Source: a virus. Taken from it: DNA of 64,000 nt. The notes under the pieces are model-generated. The model was not told the DNA's origin and searched no databases. It was given only the letters and a program-made list of their open reading frames with translations. Positions 46,844 through 57,575 of this stretch are shown piece after piece. Each line of letters opens with the position of its first letter. Positions within the stretch are counted from its first letter, which is position 1. The stretch is taken from the IMG/VR virus record IMGVR_UViG_3300021356_000015, positions 2,624-66,623 of that record. One strand, written 5' to 3'. A program made the translations under genes and the position numbers.

Positions 46844-48442
46844 TTAGAAGCCTAAACCCATGTCATCATCGGGTACTGGTGCTTCAGCGTCTTTTTTGCT
46901 TGTTTTTGATTTAGCAGCATCGTTAGCCGCAATATCGTCAGGTGTTAAGTTGAGGTAACGCTTAACCAAGAATTCCATATCGAAGTAATATTCTTCTTCC
47001 ATAGTTTCTTGGTTAGTTATCATCAAGCTGTCTCTCATAGATGAGATAAAGTCAAGTCTGCGCTCCATGATTTCCATGGTCTTAAGTTCTGCAAATGCAT
47101 TATCCTCGTTAAATTTCATAGAAACTTGAGTTTTAAACTGAGGATCCTCAGCAAATTCAGGATACTTCAAGCACATTTGAATATAAAGCGGCTTGACAAG
47201 AATCTCTTGGAATACAGAGCGAAGTCTATTGATGAACTTACTAAACTTAATCTCGTCTCTAATCATACCATCGGCCGCTAAGTTAAAGTCTCCGCCTCCA
47301 TCTTCATACAAGAATCTAGAGTAAGGAATCTTAGAAACATGCTTTAGTTTATCTGAGAAGTACTTAAGTGCCTCAGTGTCTGATAAGTCTGGACCCTCAC
47401 CTCCAAGAGTTTCGATCTCTGGTTGGTCTCCGTCTTTAGAAGGTAACCAATACTCTTTGTTGAACTGAAGCATAGGCTTGCCATCAGTGGCCAATGTACC
47501 TGAATCCCAATCAAAGTCAACTGTCTCTTTATATGAGTTCATAAGTTGAGCAAGTGATTGCTTAGCACGAGTCTTAGACTTACCTCCAACTGGAATAATA
47601 AACTTCATTCTAAATGAAGCGTTTGTTACAGCCCAGATAACTCTAGTATGCTCCATAATTCTTAGTAGGTTAAACGCCCTAATCAAACGCTCAACGTAAG
47701 AAACTCTAGAGGCGGTAGTGATCGAAGAATATGACAAGTAAATGATTTGTGAATCATAAAGCTTTCTCTCTTTCATTGGGTCATCCTTAAACTGAACCCA
47801 AACTTTCTTACCATCGTCTTGATTATATCCAGGGATCAAGGTCGTTGGATCTAACTCTTTAAATCCAATAATCTCAGTTTGATCTTGATTATAAACTATC
47901 TCAAATGCCAAATAACCATCTATCAAAAATTTTCTAAAGAAATACCAAGCCGATTGGTCTTGGTTAAAGCCAAAGTAATGATAAATCTGATTAAAGTATC
48001 TAACTAAATCCTTATCGACTTTGTCAGAAACTTCCATACCTAAAATTTCAGGTCTTGCGAAGAAGTTTTTCTCGTCATACACGATGGTTTCATCACATAG
48101 AATATCTAAAATATCTTCAATCTCATCGTGCAATGAAAACTCTCTAAGCTCGTCTCTTTTAGCAACATAGTCTTGGTCAAAGAATGGAATATTCTTTCTA
48201 AGCTGCATGTCAGTAAGCGACATAGCCGCAAATGCCGAGTAGATATCATCATTATCTACACCTAATGGGTTAATTTGACCGTAGCCGAAAAGATCCTCCA
48301 TAGGACCTATAGCTTGCGATTGACGTATGACAAGGTCATCGTACCTCATACCAAAGGACGATAGCGTCTTTAGTGAGTCACGCAACCTAAATGGCCTTCT
48401 GCCAGTGCTCAAAGGCCCGTTTCTGTCTGTAAATCCTGCCAT
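46844..48442 (-). CDS. gp20: Portal protein
   Basis: FLIDG, NLLRIME...IWAV, EYWLP...EIETLGG, KIPYSR, RDEIKFSKFINRLR. Confidence 0.97.
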   Translation of the reverse strand: MAGFTDRNGPLSTGRRPFRLRDSLKTLSSFGMRYDDLVIRQSQAIGPMEDLFGYGQINPLGVDNDDIYSAFAAMSLTDMQLRKNIPFFDQDYVAKRDELREFSLHDEIEDILDILCDETIVYDEKNFFARPEILGMEVSDKVDKDLVRYFNQIYHYFGFNQDQSAWYFFRKFLIDGYLAFEIVYNQDQTEIIGFKELDPTTLIPGYNQDDGKKVWVQFKDDPMKERKLYDSQIIYLSYSSITTASRVSYVERLIRAFNLLRIMEHTRVIWAVTNASFRMKFIIPVGGKSKTRAKQSLAQLMNSYKETVDFDWDSGTLATDGKPMLQFNKEYWLPSKDGDQPEIETLGGEGPDLSDTEALKYFSDKLKHVSKIPYSRFLYEDGGGDFNLAADGMIRDEIKFSKFINRLRSVFQEILVKPLYIQMCLKYPEFAEDPQFKTQVSMKFNEDNAFAELKTMEIMERRLDFISSMRDSLMITNQETMEEEYYFDMEFLVKRYLNLTPDDIAANDAAKSKTSKKDAEAPVPDDDMGLGF

Positions 48443-48464
48443 TTTTACAATATTGTATTCAGTT

Positions 48465-49076
48465 TTATATATTCTTCTTTCCGAGGTGGTTTCTAAACCT
48501 CCACTTTATTGAACCAACCGTAGCTCCATTTAAATCTATGAAATCACAAAGAGTTATTCTAGGCCATTCTTCATATGCTACGACGGCTTGATTAGCCTTT
48601 CTATTTGGAATGTATTTTCTAATAGCAAAATCAAACCCAAATTGCTCTAAAAATGCAGAAGCTCCTTCATATGTTAAGGAAAGATGTCCTTGAGCCATAG
48701 CATTATTTGCTCCTACTCCCATAGTTTTTGATTTTATTGATCCTTCTAATCGATCATATACAAAGTCTAATAATTCTTCTTTTACCATCACCGGCAATAA
48801 ATTTAAGTTTATACCTAAATCATTATTATCCTTTGAGTTTAAAGCTAAAACTACTGGATTTCTATCCCACCATTCTAAACTATCTTTATATTTAGGGTCG
48901 TCATATCTAAAAACATATATCTTACCAGGTAAAAATCTAGATGATGTCTTAGCCACAGCCCTCTCATTCATTTTTTTTCTGGAAGTCTCAAACCAATCTT
49001 CAGCCTCTTTTCTAGCTAATCTTTTGCCTCCAGCCTCTCTAGATAATTGCTTTATTGTTTTTTTGATATATCCCAT
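48465..49076 (-). CDS. gp2: DNA end protector protein
   Basis: PGKIYVFRYDDPKYK..L.WWD.NP.V, GINL.LLP. Confidence 0.8.
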   Translation of the reverse strand: MGYIKKTIKQLSREAGGKRLARKEAEDWFETSRKKMNERAVAKTSSRFLPGKIYVFRYDDPKYKDSLEWWDRNPVVLALNSKDNNDLGINLNLLPVMVKEELLDFVYDRLEGSIKSKTMGVGANNAMAQGHLSLTYEGASAFLEQFGFDFAIRKYIPNRKANQAVVAYEEWPRITLCDFIDLNGATVGSIKWRFRNHLGKKNI

Positions 49077-49549
49077 TACTTCAAGCTATTTTCAGTAAGA
49101 ACGATGAATCTCCATCCTCTATCTTCTGCCCATCTTTTGGCATATGCATATTTATCTCTATTCTTGATGTATTGCTCTGCCAAAAACTTGTATGACTTGA
49201 GAGCTTTCTTAGAGTTCTTCTTAGGAGGTTCTGGTTTCTTGATTTGGGCTTCCGGTTTTATCTCTACCAAAAAGTCTTCATATGAATCTCCTTTTTTAAC
49301 TCTCATAAAGAAATCTGGATAATACCTATGCTCTTTACTGTCTAAACTTGACCAATATTTAATCTCTACTGGTTCACTAGACCATGTCAAAACCTCATCC
49401 TTAGTATCGCACATAATCATAAACTTTCTTTCCCAAGAGGATCTATAGATGATAGGTGTTTTACCAGAATATTTTTCAGGGTTCTTAGGGTTAAAGTAAC
49501 CTTGTATGAACCCTGAATTTTTGGTAGGCTTGACATTCTTGATAGACAT
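49076..49549 (-). CDS. gp4: Head completion nuclease (TnsA-like)
   Basis: QGYFNPKNPEKY.G, YRSSWE, WSSE, HRYYPDF, VEIKP. Confidence 0.92.
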   Translation of the reverse strand: MSIKNVKPTKNSGFIQGYFNPKNPEKYSGKTPIIYRSSWERKFMIMCDTKDEVLTWSSEPVEIKYWSSLDSKEHRYYPDFFMRVKKGDSYEDFLVEIKPEAQIKKPEPPKKNSKKALKSYKFLAEQYIKNRDKYAYAKRWAEDRGWRFIVLTENSLK

Positions 49550-49920
49550 CAGATGTTGAATAATCCTCCTTCACCATCTGATGAATTGGATCTATCGATT
49601 GAAAGAGTGTCTTTGTATTTTTGAGGATGAATCTTATTCCATCCTTTAGCATAGCCTCGCTTAGCTATCTCTGTGAAGTAAGCGAATGCATTAGGGTAAT
49701 CTGGATTGAAGTTTCTCCAGTACTTGAGTAAATCTAAAATAGCAAACTGAAGACAATCTTGTCTATCATCTTCGTTTAAGTAACTTAGTTTTCTGATAGC
49801 TCTTTCTGCTATCATGACCAACATCTTTTCAGCCTTCGGCGTCAGTTTCTCTTGTTCCTTTGATTTTACTATCTCGTCATATAAGTCCCTATTGTTTAAG
49901 TAATTCTTTTTTCTAGGCAC
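49549..49920 (-). CDS. gp55: Late transcription sigma factor
   Basis: NYLNNRDL...IAE...LKYWRNFNP...NAFAYFT. Confidence 0.85.
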   Translation of the reverse strand: MPRKKNYLNNRDLYDEIVKSKEQEKLTPKAEKMLVMIAERAIRKLSYLNEDDRQDCLQFAILDLLKYWRNFNPDYPNAFAYFTEIAKRGYAKGWNKIHPQKYKDTLSIDRSNSSDGEGGLFNI

Positions 49921-49946
49921 GTTGATATTGTTAATTTCATTTAATA

Positions 49947-49973
49947 TTATACGAAAAAAGGCCGATTTGTTTA
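49947..49973 (-). promoter_or_regulatory. Putative middle (ECF-type) promoter of gp55, overlapping a terminator hairpin
   Basis: TAAAC-N17-TATAAT; hairpin AAAGGCCGG...TCGGCCTTTTTT spans the -35 element. Confidence 0.7.
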
Positions 49974-50005
49974 AAACCGGCCTTTAACATAATCTTGTTT
50001 ATAGC

Positions 50006-51178
50006 TTAAACTGTTTCACCAACTGCTAGCTCAATAAATCTTTTTTCAACTTTGAATGGTCTATCTTCTACAAAGAAGGTAATTGGATCTTCTGATCCGG
50101 CTGCAGCATATGCAACTGCATCAACCATAACTTCATCTCCAGCCGAAAGTCCCTCGATTTCGACTTCAATTGTACCTGGAACATATCCATCGTTTCTAGT
50201 AATACCTTCAGTTTCTAGAACTTCGATCTCTTTTGTTAATCTTTCAATCTCTTGGTTAATCATGTGATCTGCTTCTTTAATCTCTTGAATAGCCTTATTA
50301 GCTCCTGCTAAATCACCTCTTTTATCTTTCAAGAAAGAAATCATTTCATATAGGTTAGAAATCTTTTCATCAATTTCTGCCTTATTTTGATTAGCTGCAT
50401 CTATAACATCTTCAAAAAGGTTGGTAACATCAACTCCAGTATTTTCTAAAACATATTCTATTGCTTCAGTAATCGCCATATTTGTCAATTTTGAAATCTT
50501 AGTAGCAGAATTAAATCTATAAACATATGCTGTGTTATCTTTTCTCATAACCGAATAAGAAACGGTACCTTCTGTAATCTCTGTAACAAATGGTAATTCT
50601 TGATATGCCTTAAAGTTTCTAGCTGCAATTTCAAATAGGCTTAAATATTGCTTATGTTCGTACACAACGTGGCCGGTTGCAAAAATATGCTCTGCAATGT
50701 TTTCATCTAAAATCTCAGTTGTATTAATATATGCTTTATTGTTAGACGCGTCATACGTAAAACTTGTTACCATAGGCATTCTGTTAGACTCTGATAGCTT
50801 ATTGTCGACTTCTGCTAATTCATTTTCTATATCTTCTAGAACTGATGTGTTGTTAGCTAATTTAACCTCTTTCTTCTTTTCAGTCAAGAACTGCTTCATC
50901 TCTGTTAACTTAAAGAAGTTATCAGAGTTATCTAAGCTGGTTTGGTCAGCTTGCTTAACAAACATGTTGTTACGTAGGTCATAGTATGCTTTAATTCCTG
51001 ATTCGCTAACATCAAACGTATACATTGCTTCCACTAATGCTTCAAAAGTTCTATCAGTGTTTCTTACTTGTACTATTTGATTTTCATTAACGGCGAAACT
51101 TGTTCCAGAAGTGTGGAATTGAGCTATACCTTGATCTCCTAAAACTGGAGAAAATACTCTATTATTTGAATTAGTCAT
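50006..51178 (-). CDS. Hypothetical late (probably virion) protein
   Basis: 390 aa; late promoter at 51202-51209. Confidence 0.6.
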   Translation of the reverse strand: MTNSNNRVFSPVLGDQGIAQFHTSGTSFAVNENQIVQVRNTDRTFEALVEAMYTFDVSESGIKAYYDLRNNMFVKQADQTSLDNSDNFFKLTEMKQFLTEKKKEVKLANNTSVLEDIENELAEVDNKLSESNRMPMVTSFTYDASNNKAYINTTEILDENIAEHIFATGHVVYEHKQYLSLFEIAARNFKAYQELPFVTEITEGTVSYSVMRKDNTAYVYRFNSATKISKLTNMAITEAIEYVLENTGVDVTNLFEDVIDAANQNKAEIDEKISNLYEMISFLKDKRGDLAGANKAIQEIKEADHMINQEIERLTKEIEVLETEGITRNDGYVPGTIEVEIEGLSAGDEVMVDAVAYAAAGSEDPITFFVEDRPFKVEKRFIELAVGETV

Positions 51179-51207
51179 ATCTTAAATTTTATGATTTTCT
51201 ATATATA

Positions 51208-52059
51208 TCAACCGAAATAGTTCTTCTTATCGAACGGGAGTCTAGTAGCAACTACTTTATACTTTTCTCCAACTGGAGGTAATTGCTCATCTGGTACATC
51301 ACCGTTTGTAGAAACTTTTCCAGTAGGACCTCCTGCCGTCTCTGCACCAATAGAGAACATTCTATTTCCAACATGTCTTTCAGTTGAGTAATCAAAAGAT
51401 GGAATAAATGAATTAACTTCTAGCGAGAATGTAACTTTATGATTTCCTTTATCATCAAACCCATACTCTATGGGTCTTTCTATACTATAATCATCTGGCA
51501 TAGCATAGTAAGCCGCGAGTCTATAAAGCCCCTCTTCGATGTGGCCAACTTCTACGTTATAGTAATTAGACTTATACATTTTTTTAACTATAGCCTCAGT
51601 CACTTTAAAAAGGTCCAATTGACTTGATAGAAGTAGTTCAACGTCCATACCTATAACAACAGGAATCATCTCAAACTCTGAGACGAAGCCCTGCATCTCT
51701 CCGTTAGCATCTAACTTTGAGTAGTGGCCAATGTTTCTCTTGTTAACCAATTTACTTGGATCAATATTAAGAGAAGTTAAGTTAACCAAACCTCTTGGCA
51801 CCTTATCATAGTTACCGTCTGCCTTATCTAAATCAGGGTCACAACCAACGCCGTTGATTGTTGAAAACAAAAAATTATCTCTTAAAAAGTTCTCATCGCC
51901 CGTAATAGAGTAAAAGAAAGGCACATCGACAATTACCCTCTCATCATTGGATATTTGCCTAAAGAAGCTTAACTTGTCGTTTAAATCTGAAAGTAGTCCA
52001 ATAATAAGATGCCTGACAACTGAATCGTCCTTGTTAAATTTAAGGTTATAGCTGGCCAT
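51208..52059 (-). CDS. gp15: Tail terminator/sheath stabiliser (gp15-like)
   Basis: VRHLII...VPFFY...VPRG...DPSK...PV...[MV]EL pattern. Confidence 0.65.
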   Translation of the reverse strand: MASYNLKFNKDDSVVRHLIIGLLSDLNDKLSFFRQISNDERVIVDVPFFYSITGDENFLRDNFLFSTINGVGCDPDLDKADGNYDKVPRGLVNLTSLNIDPSKLVNKRNIGHYSKLDANGEMQGFVSEFEMIPVVIGMDVELLLSSQLDLFKVTEAIVKKMYKSNYYNVEVGHIEEGLYRLAAYYAMPDDYSIERPIEYGFDDKGNHKVTFSLEVNSFIPSFDYSTERHVGNRMFSIGAETAGGPTGKVSTNGDVPDEQLPPVGEKYKVVATRLPFDKKNYFG

Positions 52060-52074
52060 GCATTTTTGTTAATA

Positions 52075-53448
52075 TTATAGGTAGCGTTGAGCCATTCTCT
52101 TCCAGTTAGAAAGTCCGGCCATCTTAAAGCCAGCAGCCTTAACGAAGGTTCTCATAGAAACGTCATCAGCCTCTTTCATAAACTCATAGATTTCTTCCTT
52201 CTCATTGATAGGCATATCCTTAGGCTCTAAGTGTGGTAGAAGCTTTCTCATTCTTTCCATCAAAGTAGCGTCGTCTGGGTTAACGTCAACTAGAATAGAT
52301 CTAGATCTGATGGCCCCGTCAGGGTCAGCCTTATCTTTGTCCAAGTTAGAGATGAAGATGACTCTACCTGAGAACTCGAAGTATGCTGGCACTAGGCCGT
52401 TTTCAAGTGCTTCATATTCACCCTGTGGGTCAAGCTCGAAATCCTTTGGATCGAAAACCAAGCTAGACTTCTTTAAGTATGAAATCTTTCTAATCTTCTT
52501 GGTGTCAAGAGCAGCCTTCAACATGTTACGACCGTTCTCGTCCCTAAACACAGCGTCACAGTCATCAAAGATAAGAGTTTTATCTCTATATTGGTACATC
52601 TTCTTGTACATCATAATAACTGAAACAGCACCTGAGATTAACATAAAGTCGTCTTCTTCAACTAGACCTTCATCCTTCATTGCTCTCTCAACGTTATAGG
52701 TCTTACCTGTACCTGCTCTACCTGAAATGAATAGAGAGTTAAATGCTCCAGCTGCAACTTTTCTTGAGATTTGGTAGATATCCTCCATAGTCTCTTCCAA
52801 GAACTTAACTTTATCAGATAAAGTCTCTTCGTTTACCGCAACCACTGGGTGATCCTTAGTAGTTACAGGTGCATTCTTTCTGATGTTAAGAATCTTATAG
52901 TAAGGAACTCCGAGATCGACCGAAATTTGCTTAGCCGATTTTCCAGCCTTAAGCTGCTGAGAAACCATTTTAACTTCTTCTGTAGTTAGCTTAGCAGAAG
53001 CTTCGTTTACCATAGACTCGTTCATTGCAGCCTCAGCTTCAGCAGCATACTTTTTATCGCTGATAATTTTTGCTGTCTCGGTAACTAGCTGTACGATTGG
53101 AAAGTTCTCTGATGAAAATACAAAATCACACTTAGTGTTAGGTCCAATTTGAGAGTAGTACTCAATTTGGCCAACAATTCCAGGTCTATTAGCGTTGCTA
53201 TTTGCAACAACTCTTATTGCTGGAAAGCTACCCTTATCACTAACAGCTATATTTCCCACGGTCTCAGCACCGTCAAATAAAGCTATTTCGTCAAATTGAA
53301 TAGCTTTAAAGTTCATCTTAGTATGCTTGTTCATGTAAGCAAAAATAAGATCAGCAGCTTTACGTAGTTTTGGGTCTGAAGCCATAGTGATAGCTTCGTT
53401 AACTGAATTTGATTCGTTTACAAATTGATTAAAGTCTAAATAACGCAT
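52075..53448 (-). CDS. P-loop ATPase with HTH and capsid-targeting-like N-terminus
   Basis: GRAGTGKT, LIFDDCD, LKAALD, IFISN, IRSRS; N-terminus MRYLDFNQFVNE; late promoter. Confidence 0.75.
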   Translation of the reverse strand: MRYLDFNQFVNESNSVNEAITMASDPKLRKAADLIFAYMNKHTKMNFKAIQFDEIALFDGAETVGNIAVSDKGSFPAIRVVANSNANRPGIVGQIEYYSQIGPNTKCDFVFSSENFPIVQLVTETAKIISDKKYAAEAEAAMNESMVNEASAKLTTEEVKMVSQQLKAGKSAKQISVDLGVPYYKILNIRKNAPVTTKDHPVVAVNEETLSDKVKFLEETMEDIYQISRKVAAGAFNSLFISGRAGTGKTYNVERAMKDEGLVEEDDFMLISGAVSVIMMYKKMYQYRDKTLIFDDCDAVFRDENGRNMLKAALDTKKIRKISYLKKSSLVFDPKDFELDPQGEYEALENGLVPAYFEFSGRVIFISNLDKDKADPDGAIRSRSILVDVNPDDATLMERMRKLLPHLEPKDMPINEKEEIYEFMKEADDVSMRTFVKAAGFKMAGLSNWKRMAQRYL

Positions 53449-53478
53449 TTATGTTATATTCTTTGTTTGCTTTATATA

Positions 53479-54351
53479 TCAAAGACACGACATGTATCTT
53501 TCACCTCTATCACACAGGATAGTCACTATAAAGTCAATATCATGGCTTTTAGCATATCTTACTGAAGCAAGAACATTTGCGCCAGCTGAAATGCCAACAA
53601 AGTACCCCATTTTTGCCAACGTTTTAGCCATTTCTTTGGCATCTTCTGTAGATACAACTTCAATGTCATCAACCTCATCCAATTCAACTAGGTATTTAGA
53701 GCCATCACCAATTCCTTGAATGCCATGAATGTTGGGTTCTCCTCCTGACATGACAGGAGACTCAGCAGGCTCAACAGCTACAACTTTAATGTCATGGTAC
53801 CACTCCTTTAAGTATCTTCCTGTTCCCATGATGGTACCTCCGGTTCCAGTGCCCGCAACAAATGCTTGAGGGATCCAGTCACTTGCATCAACTTCTTTTC
53901 TAATTTCAGGACCTGTCGTATCATAATGAGCATCGATATTCCACTGAGTATGGAATTGATTACAGTTAAACCAACCGTGTTCTTCTGCTAATTGGTCTCT
54001 AACAACAATGGCCCCTTCAAAGTCACCTGCTCCAACTTCAATCAATTCTGCGCCATAGTATCTAAACATCTGCTTACGCTCTTCACTCATGTTAGAAGGC
54101 ATAACGATCTTCATCTTATAACCTCTTAAAGCCGCAAACATAGCAAAGGCAATGCCTGTATTTCCACTAGTGGCTTCAACTAGAGTATCACCTTGAAAGA
54201 TTAGACCTCTTTCTTCAGCCTCTGTAATAACTCGTGAAACCAATCGATCCTTAACAGATCCGCTTGGATTTAAAAACTCTGCCTTGCCCAAGATGGTGAC
54301 ACCATCTACTTTGAACTTGATAATGGGGGTGTTTCCTACGTATTCAATCAT
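53479..54351 (-). CDS. cysK: Cysteine synthase (PLP-dependent)
   Basis: VGNTP, KAEFLNPSGSVKDR, EATSGNTG, GTGTGGT, IQGIG, GISAGAN. Confidence 0.93.
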   Translation of the reverse strand: MIEYVGNTPIIKFKVDGVTILGKAEFLNPSGSVKDRLVSRVITEAEERGLIFQGDTLVEATSGNTGIAFAMFAALRGYKMKIVMPSNMSEERKQMFRYYGAELIEVGAGDFEGAIVVRDQLAEEHGWFNCNQFHTQWNIDAHYDTTGPEIRKEVDASDWIPQAFVAGTGTGGTIMGTGRYLKEWYHDIKVVAVEPAESPVMSGGEPNIHGIQGIGDGSKYLVELDEVDDIEVVSTEDAKEMAKTLAKMGYFVGISAGANVLASVRYAKSHDIDFIVTILCDRGERYMSCL

Positions 54352-56022
54352 TTATTCTATTGTTTCTATTGCGAACTTTGAAAAACCATTCTCACGGTAG
54401 ATCTGCAGTTTCTTATCGAAGATCTCGTGTGGTAGAACCGTGTGGTTGATAACGAATGTATTTATCTTGTGTTCCGTGATGACCTGTTTGAGTATCTTGA
54501 GTATGTTGTGTACTCCGTCATGGTCTACGGAACTTAGTAGCTCGTCTAAGAACAATAGGTTGATTTGAGGGAACCTTAGCTTAAGTATTTTTATGATGGC
54601 TATAACGATGATAAAGTCCGCCTTCTTTCTCTCTCCAGTCGAAAGAGTCATGGGGTTAATCTCCTCACCCAAATGATTGATGATACAATTGAACTTCTCG
54701 TCGAATCGCATCTGAAATGGCAAGTGCATGGTCTGAGCCATAGCTGCAATGTTAGTGTTGAGACCTGGCAAAATAGTCTTGACTGCAAGGTTCTTGACGC
54801 CATCGTCTCCTAAGACCTCTTCAACTATTTCCATAAAATTGAACTCTCCGTCCAGCTCGTCTCTCTTAGTAGACTTTTCCTTTTCTTTTTCTTCGAACTC
54901 CTTTATTAGGTTCTTAAGGTGCTGAAACTCTTCTTCATCAGTAGAAGTAGAAAGCTTAGTGAACTCAGCCTTCATACTCTTCATCTGATACTTAATATCA
55001 GAAACTTTAGATTCGATACTACTCTTCGAATCTTTTAACCCCTTCATATTATTAGATAAAGCGTCCATAACCTGCTTAAGCTGCTTGATATCATTGGTCT
55101 TATCCTCGATCTGTGAGTTAAAGTCTTCTAATCTTTGATTGTGCCAATCACTATCAAGCTTAGTCTCGCAAGCTGGACAGTGTCCCTTCTCATACAGATC
55201 TACCTTCTTCTTCAAGTAATCTATGTCATGCTTAATATAAACAGCTTCTGCTCGACTTGACTCGTACTGATCCTTATCATCTCCGAGCTGTTTCTCAATC
55301 TTTGATTTATCATCGAGCATAGACTTGACTTCTTCTCCCATAGAAAGCAACATCTCTCTAAGAGACTCCAGCTTCTTCTTGTTCTTCTCGCTCGATTCTT
55401 CAATGAGAGTATTAAGCTTAAACTTAACTGATGATATAGAATCTAAAATTTGGTTAAGCTCTGCTTCATGTGCGTCTATGTCTATCCTAACAGACTTTCT
55501 CTCTTCCTTAATGTTCTTTTGCATGTCATTAAGTATTGAGAAGCCGAACATTCTATCGATAATCTGCTTCTTATCAGAAGGCGTCATAGTCAAGAAAGAC
55601 TTAAAGTCGTTGATAGAAAGGATAATGATATTCTTGAAGACATGGTATGGTATACCGTAAACTTCTTCCTCTAAGTAATCTTGAACCGATCTCTTACCTG
55701 CTTTGTCGAACTCTACCCCATTGATAAGAACCTCGAATCGACTTGGATCCAAACCTCTTTCTATCTCAACATGAGAGTTGCCACACTGTAGCTTGATTCT
55801 AACCCAAAGGTCACCGTTAATCCTGTTAGGTAAGTCAGAAAGTCTTACGCCTTCGACTTTACCATACAGTGCAAATATAATAGCGTTGGCAACCGTAGTC
55901 TTACCGTCGCCATTCTTACCAAGTGTCAAGAATAACTCTGACTTATCCTTGTCGAAATTTAAGGATTGAACTTGATTACCATATGATGCAAAATTTTTAA
56001 ACTCTATGGAAGATATTCTCAT
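54352..56022 (-). CDS. gp46: Recombination endonuclease ATPase subunit (Rad50/SbcC-like)
   Basis: GKNGDGKT, CPAC zinc hook, LSTGE, FLDE. Confidence 0.95.
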   Translation of the reverse strand: MRISSIEFKNFASYGNQVQSLNFDKDKSELFLTLGKNGDGKTTVANAIIFALYGKVEGVRLSDLPNRINGDLWVRIKLQCGNSHVEIERGLDPSRFEVLINGVEFDKAGKRSVQDYLEEEVYGIPYHVFKNIIILSINDFKSFLTMTPSDKKQIIDRMFGFSILNDMQKNIKEERKSVRIDIDAHEAELNQILDSISSVKFKLNTLIEESSEKNKKKLESLREMLLSMGEEVKSMLDDKSKIEKQLGDDKDQYESSRAEAVYIKHDIDYLKKKVDLYEKGHCPACETKLDSDWHNQRLEDFNSQIEDKTNDIKQLKQVMDALSNNMKGLKDSKSSIESKVSDIKYQMKSMKAEFTKLSTSTDEEEFQHLKNLIKEFEEKEKEKSTKRDELDGEFNFMEIVEEVLGDDGVKNLAVKTILPGLNTNIAAMAQTMHLPFQMRFDEKFNCIINHLGEEINPMTLSTGERKKADFIIVIAIIKILKLRFPQINLLFLDELLSSVDHDGVHNILKILKQVITEHKINTFVINHTVLPHEIFDKKLQIYRENGFSKFAIETIE

Positions 56023-57137
56023 ACGTCACTTATATCATAATCATACACACATCTAGTGTATAAATCTTTTAACTTTTCCTTAAGCCTTTGTTTCATATCA
56101 TCATCATGCGACATACTATCAACATATGCGTTACATAAAGTCATGATATTGTAGTTTTTGTACATCTCTTCTATCTCATCGATGTCGTAGAAGTCCTTGT
56201 CAATATAATCTTCTTCATTGTAGATTGTTGGATCAAGGCGACGACTTATGTCTTGAATCTTATTGACTAAATGAGATAGTGAGTTAGTAGTGGCTATACT
56301 GGATGGCACAAATAGATCCACAAAGTTATTCTCAATTTGGCTCTTGAATTGACCCAAAGGCATATCAAAGATCTGGGTTATATTGTACTTAAGAAACTTA
56401 GGTGAAATATGATTCTCATAGAAAGTCTCTTCCATGGTCTCTAAATCAACCATGTAGAAGCCCTTTATATTACCTCTATCTGACCTGGTTAATTGGTATG
56501 GCGTTCCAACTAAAAGTACTTTACCTTGTTCTTGTCTATAGTGAATGTGGCCTGAGTAAACTCTTGTAAACTTAGCATACGCGTTAGCTGATGTACCATG
56601 TTCGTTTTTAACCTTTGCGTTTAGTTTAGCACCAGCTACTTCTGAGTGGCAAAATACTATATCTGATGTCATATGATCTGCCAAAGTTTCTGCCTCATGT
56701 TCTTCATCTCTTCTCCATGGCATCAACAAAATCTTTTTATCATGCCACTCATAAGTTTGACAATCAGTGTAAACGTGAACGTTAGGGATCCACTTAAGAG
56801 AATCAATAGACGTTATCTCATTCGACTTCTTAGCCCAAATATCATGGTTGCCTACGATGACGTGAACTGGCAATATTTGACCAAGTCTTTCGAATAGGTT
56901 AACCGCATAGTTTAAGACTCGGATGTTGATCGATTGTCTATTATCGAAAGTGTCACCTACTTGAACTAATACATCACCGGGCTGAACATGCTTCTCAAGA
57001 GTTGGGATAAAGTGATTCTCAAAGAAATCCCTTTGAATATCTAGCCACTCTAAAGAGTTTGCTCTAACACCAAAGTGAATATCTCCAAGTATCCAAACTC
57101 TCTTTACTGGTTTACTTAAAGTAGAGTTGTCTATCAT
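56019..57137 (-). CDS. gp47: Recombination endonuclease nuclease subunit (Mre11/SbcD-like)
   Basis: GDIHFG, GDTFDNR, GNHD, CH, SGHIH. Confidence 0.95.
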   Translation of the reverse strand: MIDNSTLSKPVKRVWILGDIHFGVRANSLEWLDIQRDFFENHFIPTLEKHVQPGDVLVQVGDTFDNRQSINIRVLNYAVNLFERLGQILPVHVIVGNHDIWAKKSNEITSIDSLKWIPNVHVYTDCQTYEWHDKKILLMPWRRDEEHEAETLADHMTSDIVFCHSEVAGAKLNAKVKNEHGTSANAYAKFTRVYSGHIHYRQEQGKVLLVGTPYQLTRSDRGNIKGFYMVDLETMEETFYENHISPKFLKYNITQIFDMPLGQFKSQIENNFVDLFVPSSIATTNSLSHLVNKIQDISRRLDPTIYNEEDYIDKDFYDIDEIEEMYKNYNIMTLCNAYVDSMSHDDDMKQRLKEKLKDLYTRCVYDYDISDV

Positions 57138-57574
57138 TAGAATAGCTTTTTAATGTTCTTCTTATCAAGAATGTTTGTCTTTTTGTCAAGCTCTGCAACA
57201 AGTTCCTCCTTGTATGCGTTTGACAAAGAGTTGTAGAATTTAGATGGGTTGATATCGAAGTAAACGCACATCTCGCTAAAGATGTCAATAAGTGTGTAGT
57301 CTTTGGCTATCTCGTCAATGATATACCCATAAACTTCGTTAATGTCGACCTTCTTAAGTTTGGCTGTTTTACCCTGTTCATCAACTTCGTTAAAAACCTT
57401 AAATCTAGAAACCTCGATTAACTCGTGAATGTCTCTAGCTATCATCTCAACCTGTATCTTCTCCTCTTCAGATCTTAGGTCCTTGTGGACTGGATCCAGA
57501 TCGAATGTAAAATTGGACAAGTACTCAAACTCTGGACTGTCGAAGTTATTGTCAAATATTTTATCTCTTCTCAT
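57137..57574 (-). CDS. Hypothetical protein
   Basis: 145 aa, translationally coupled to its neighbours. Confidence 0.6.
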   Translation of the reverse strand: MRRDKIFDNNFDSPEFEYLSNFTFDLDPVHKDLRSEEEKIQVEMIARDIHELIEVSRFKVFNEVDEQGKTAKLKKVDINEVYGYIIDEIAKDYTLIDIFSEMCVYFDINPSKFYNSLSNAYKEELVAELDKKTNILDKKNIKKLF

Positions 57575-57575
57575 T

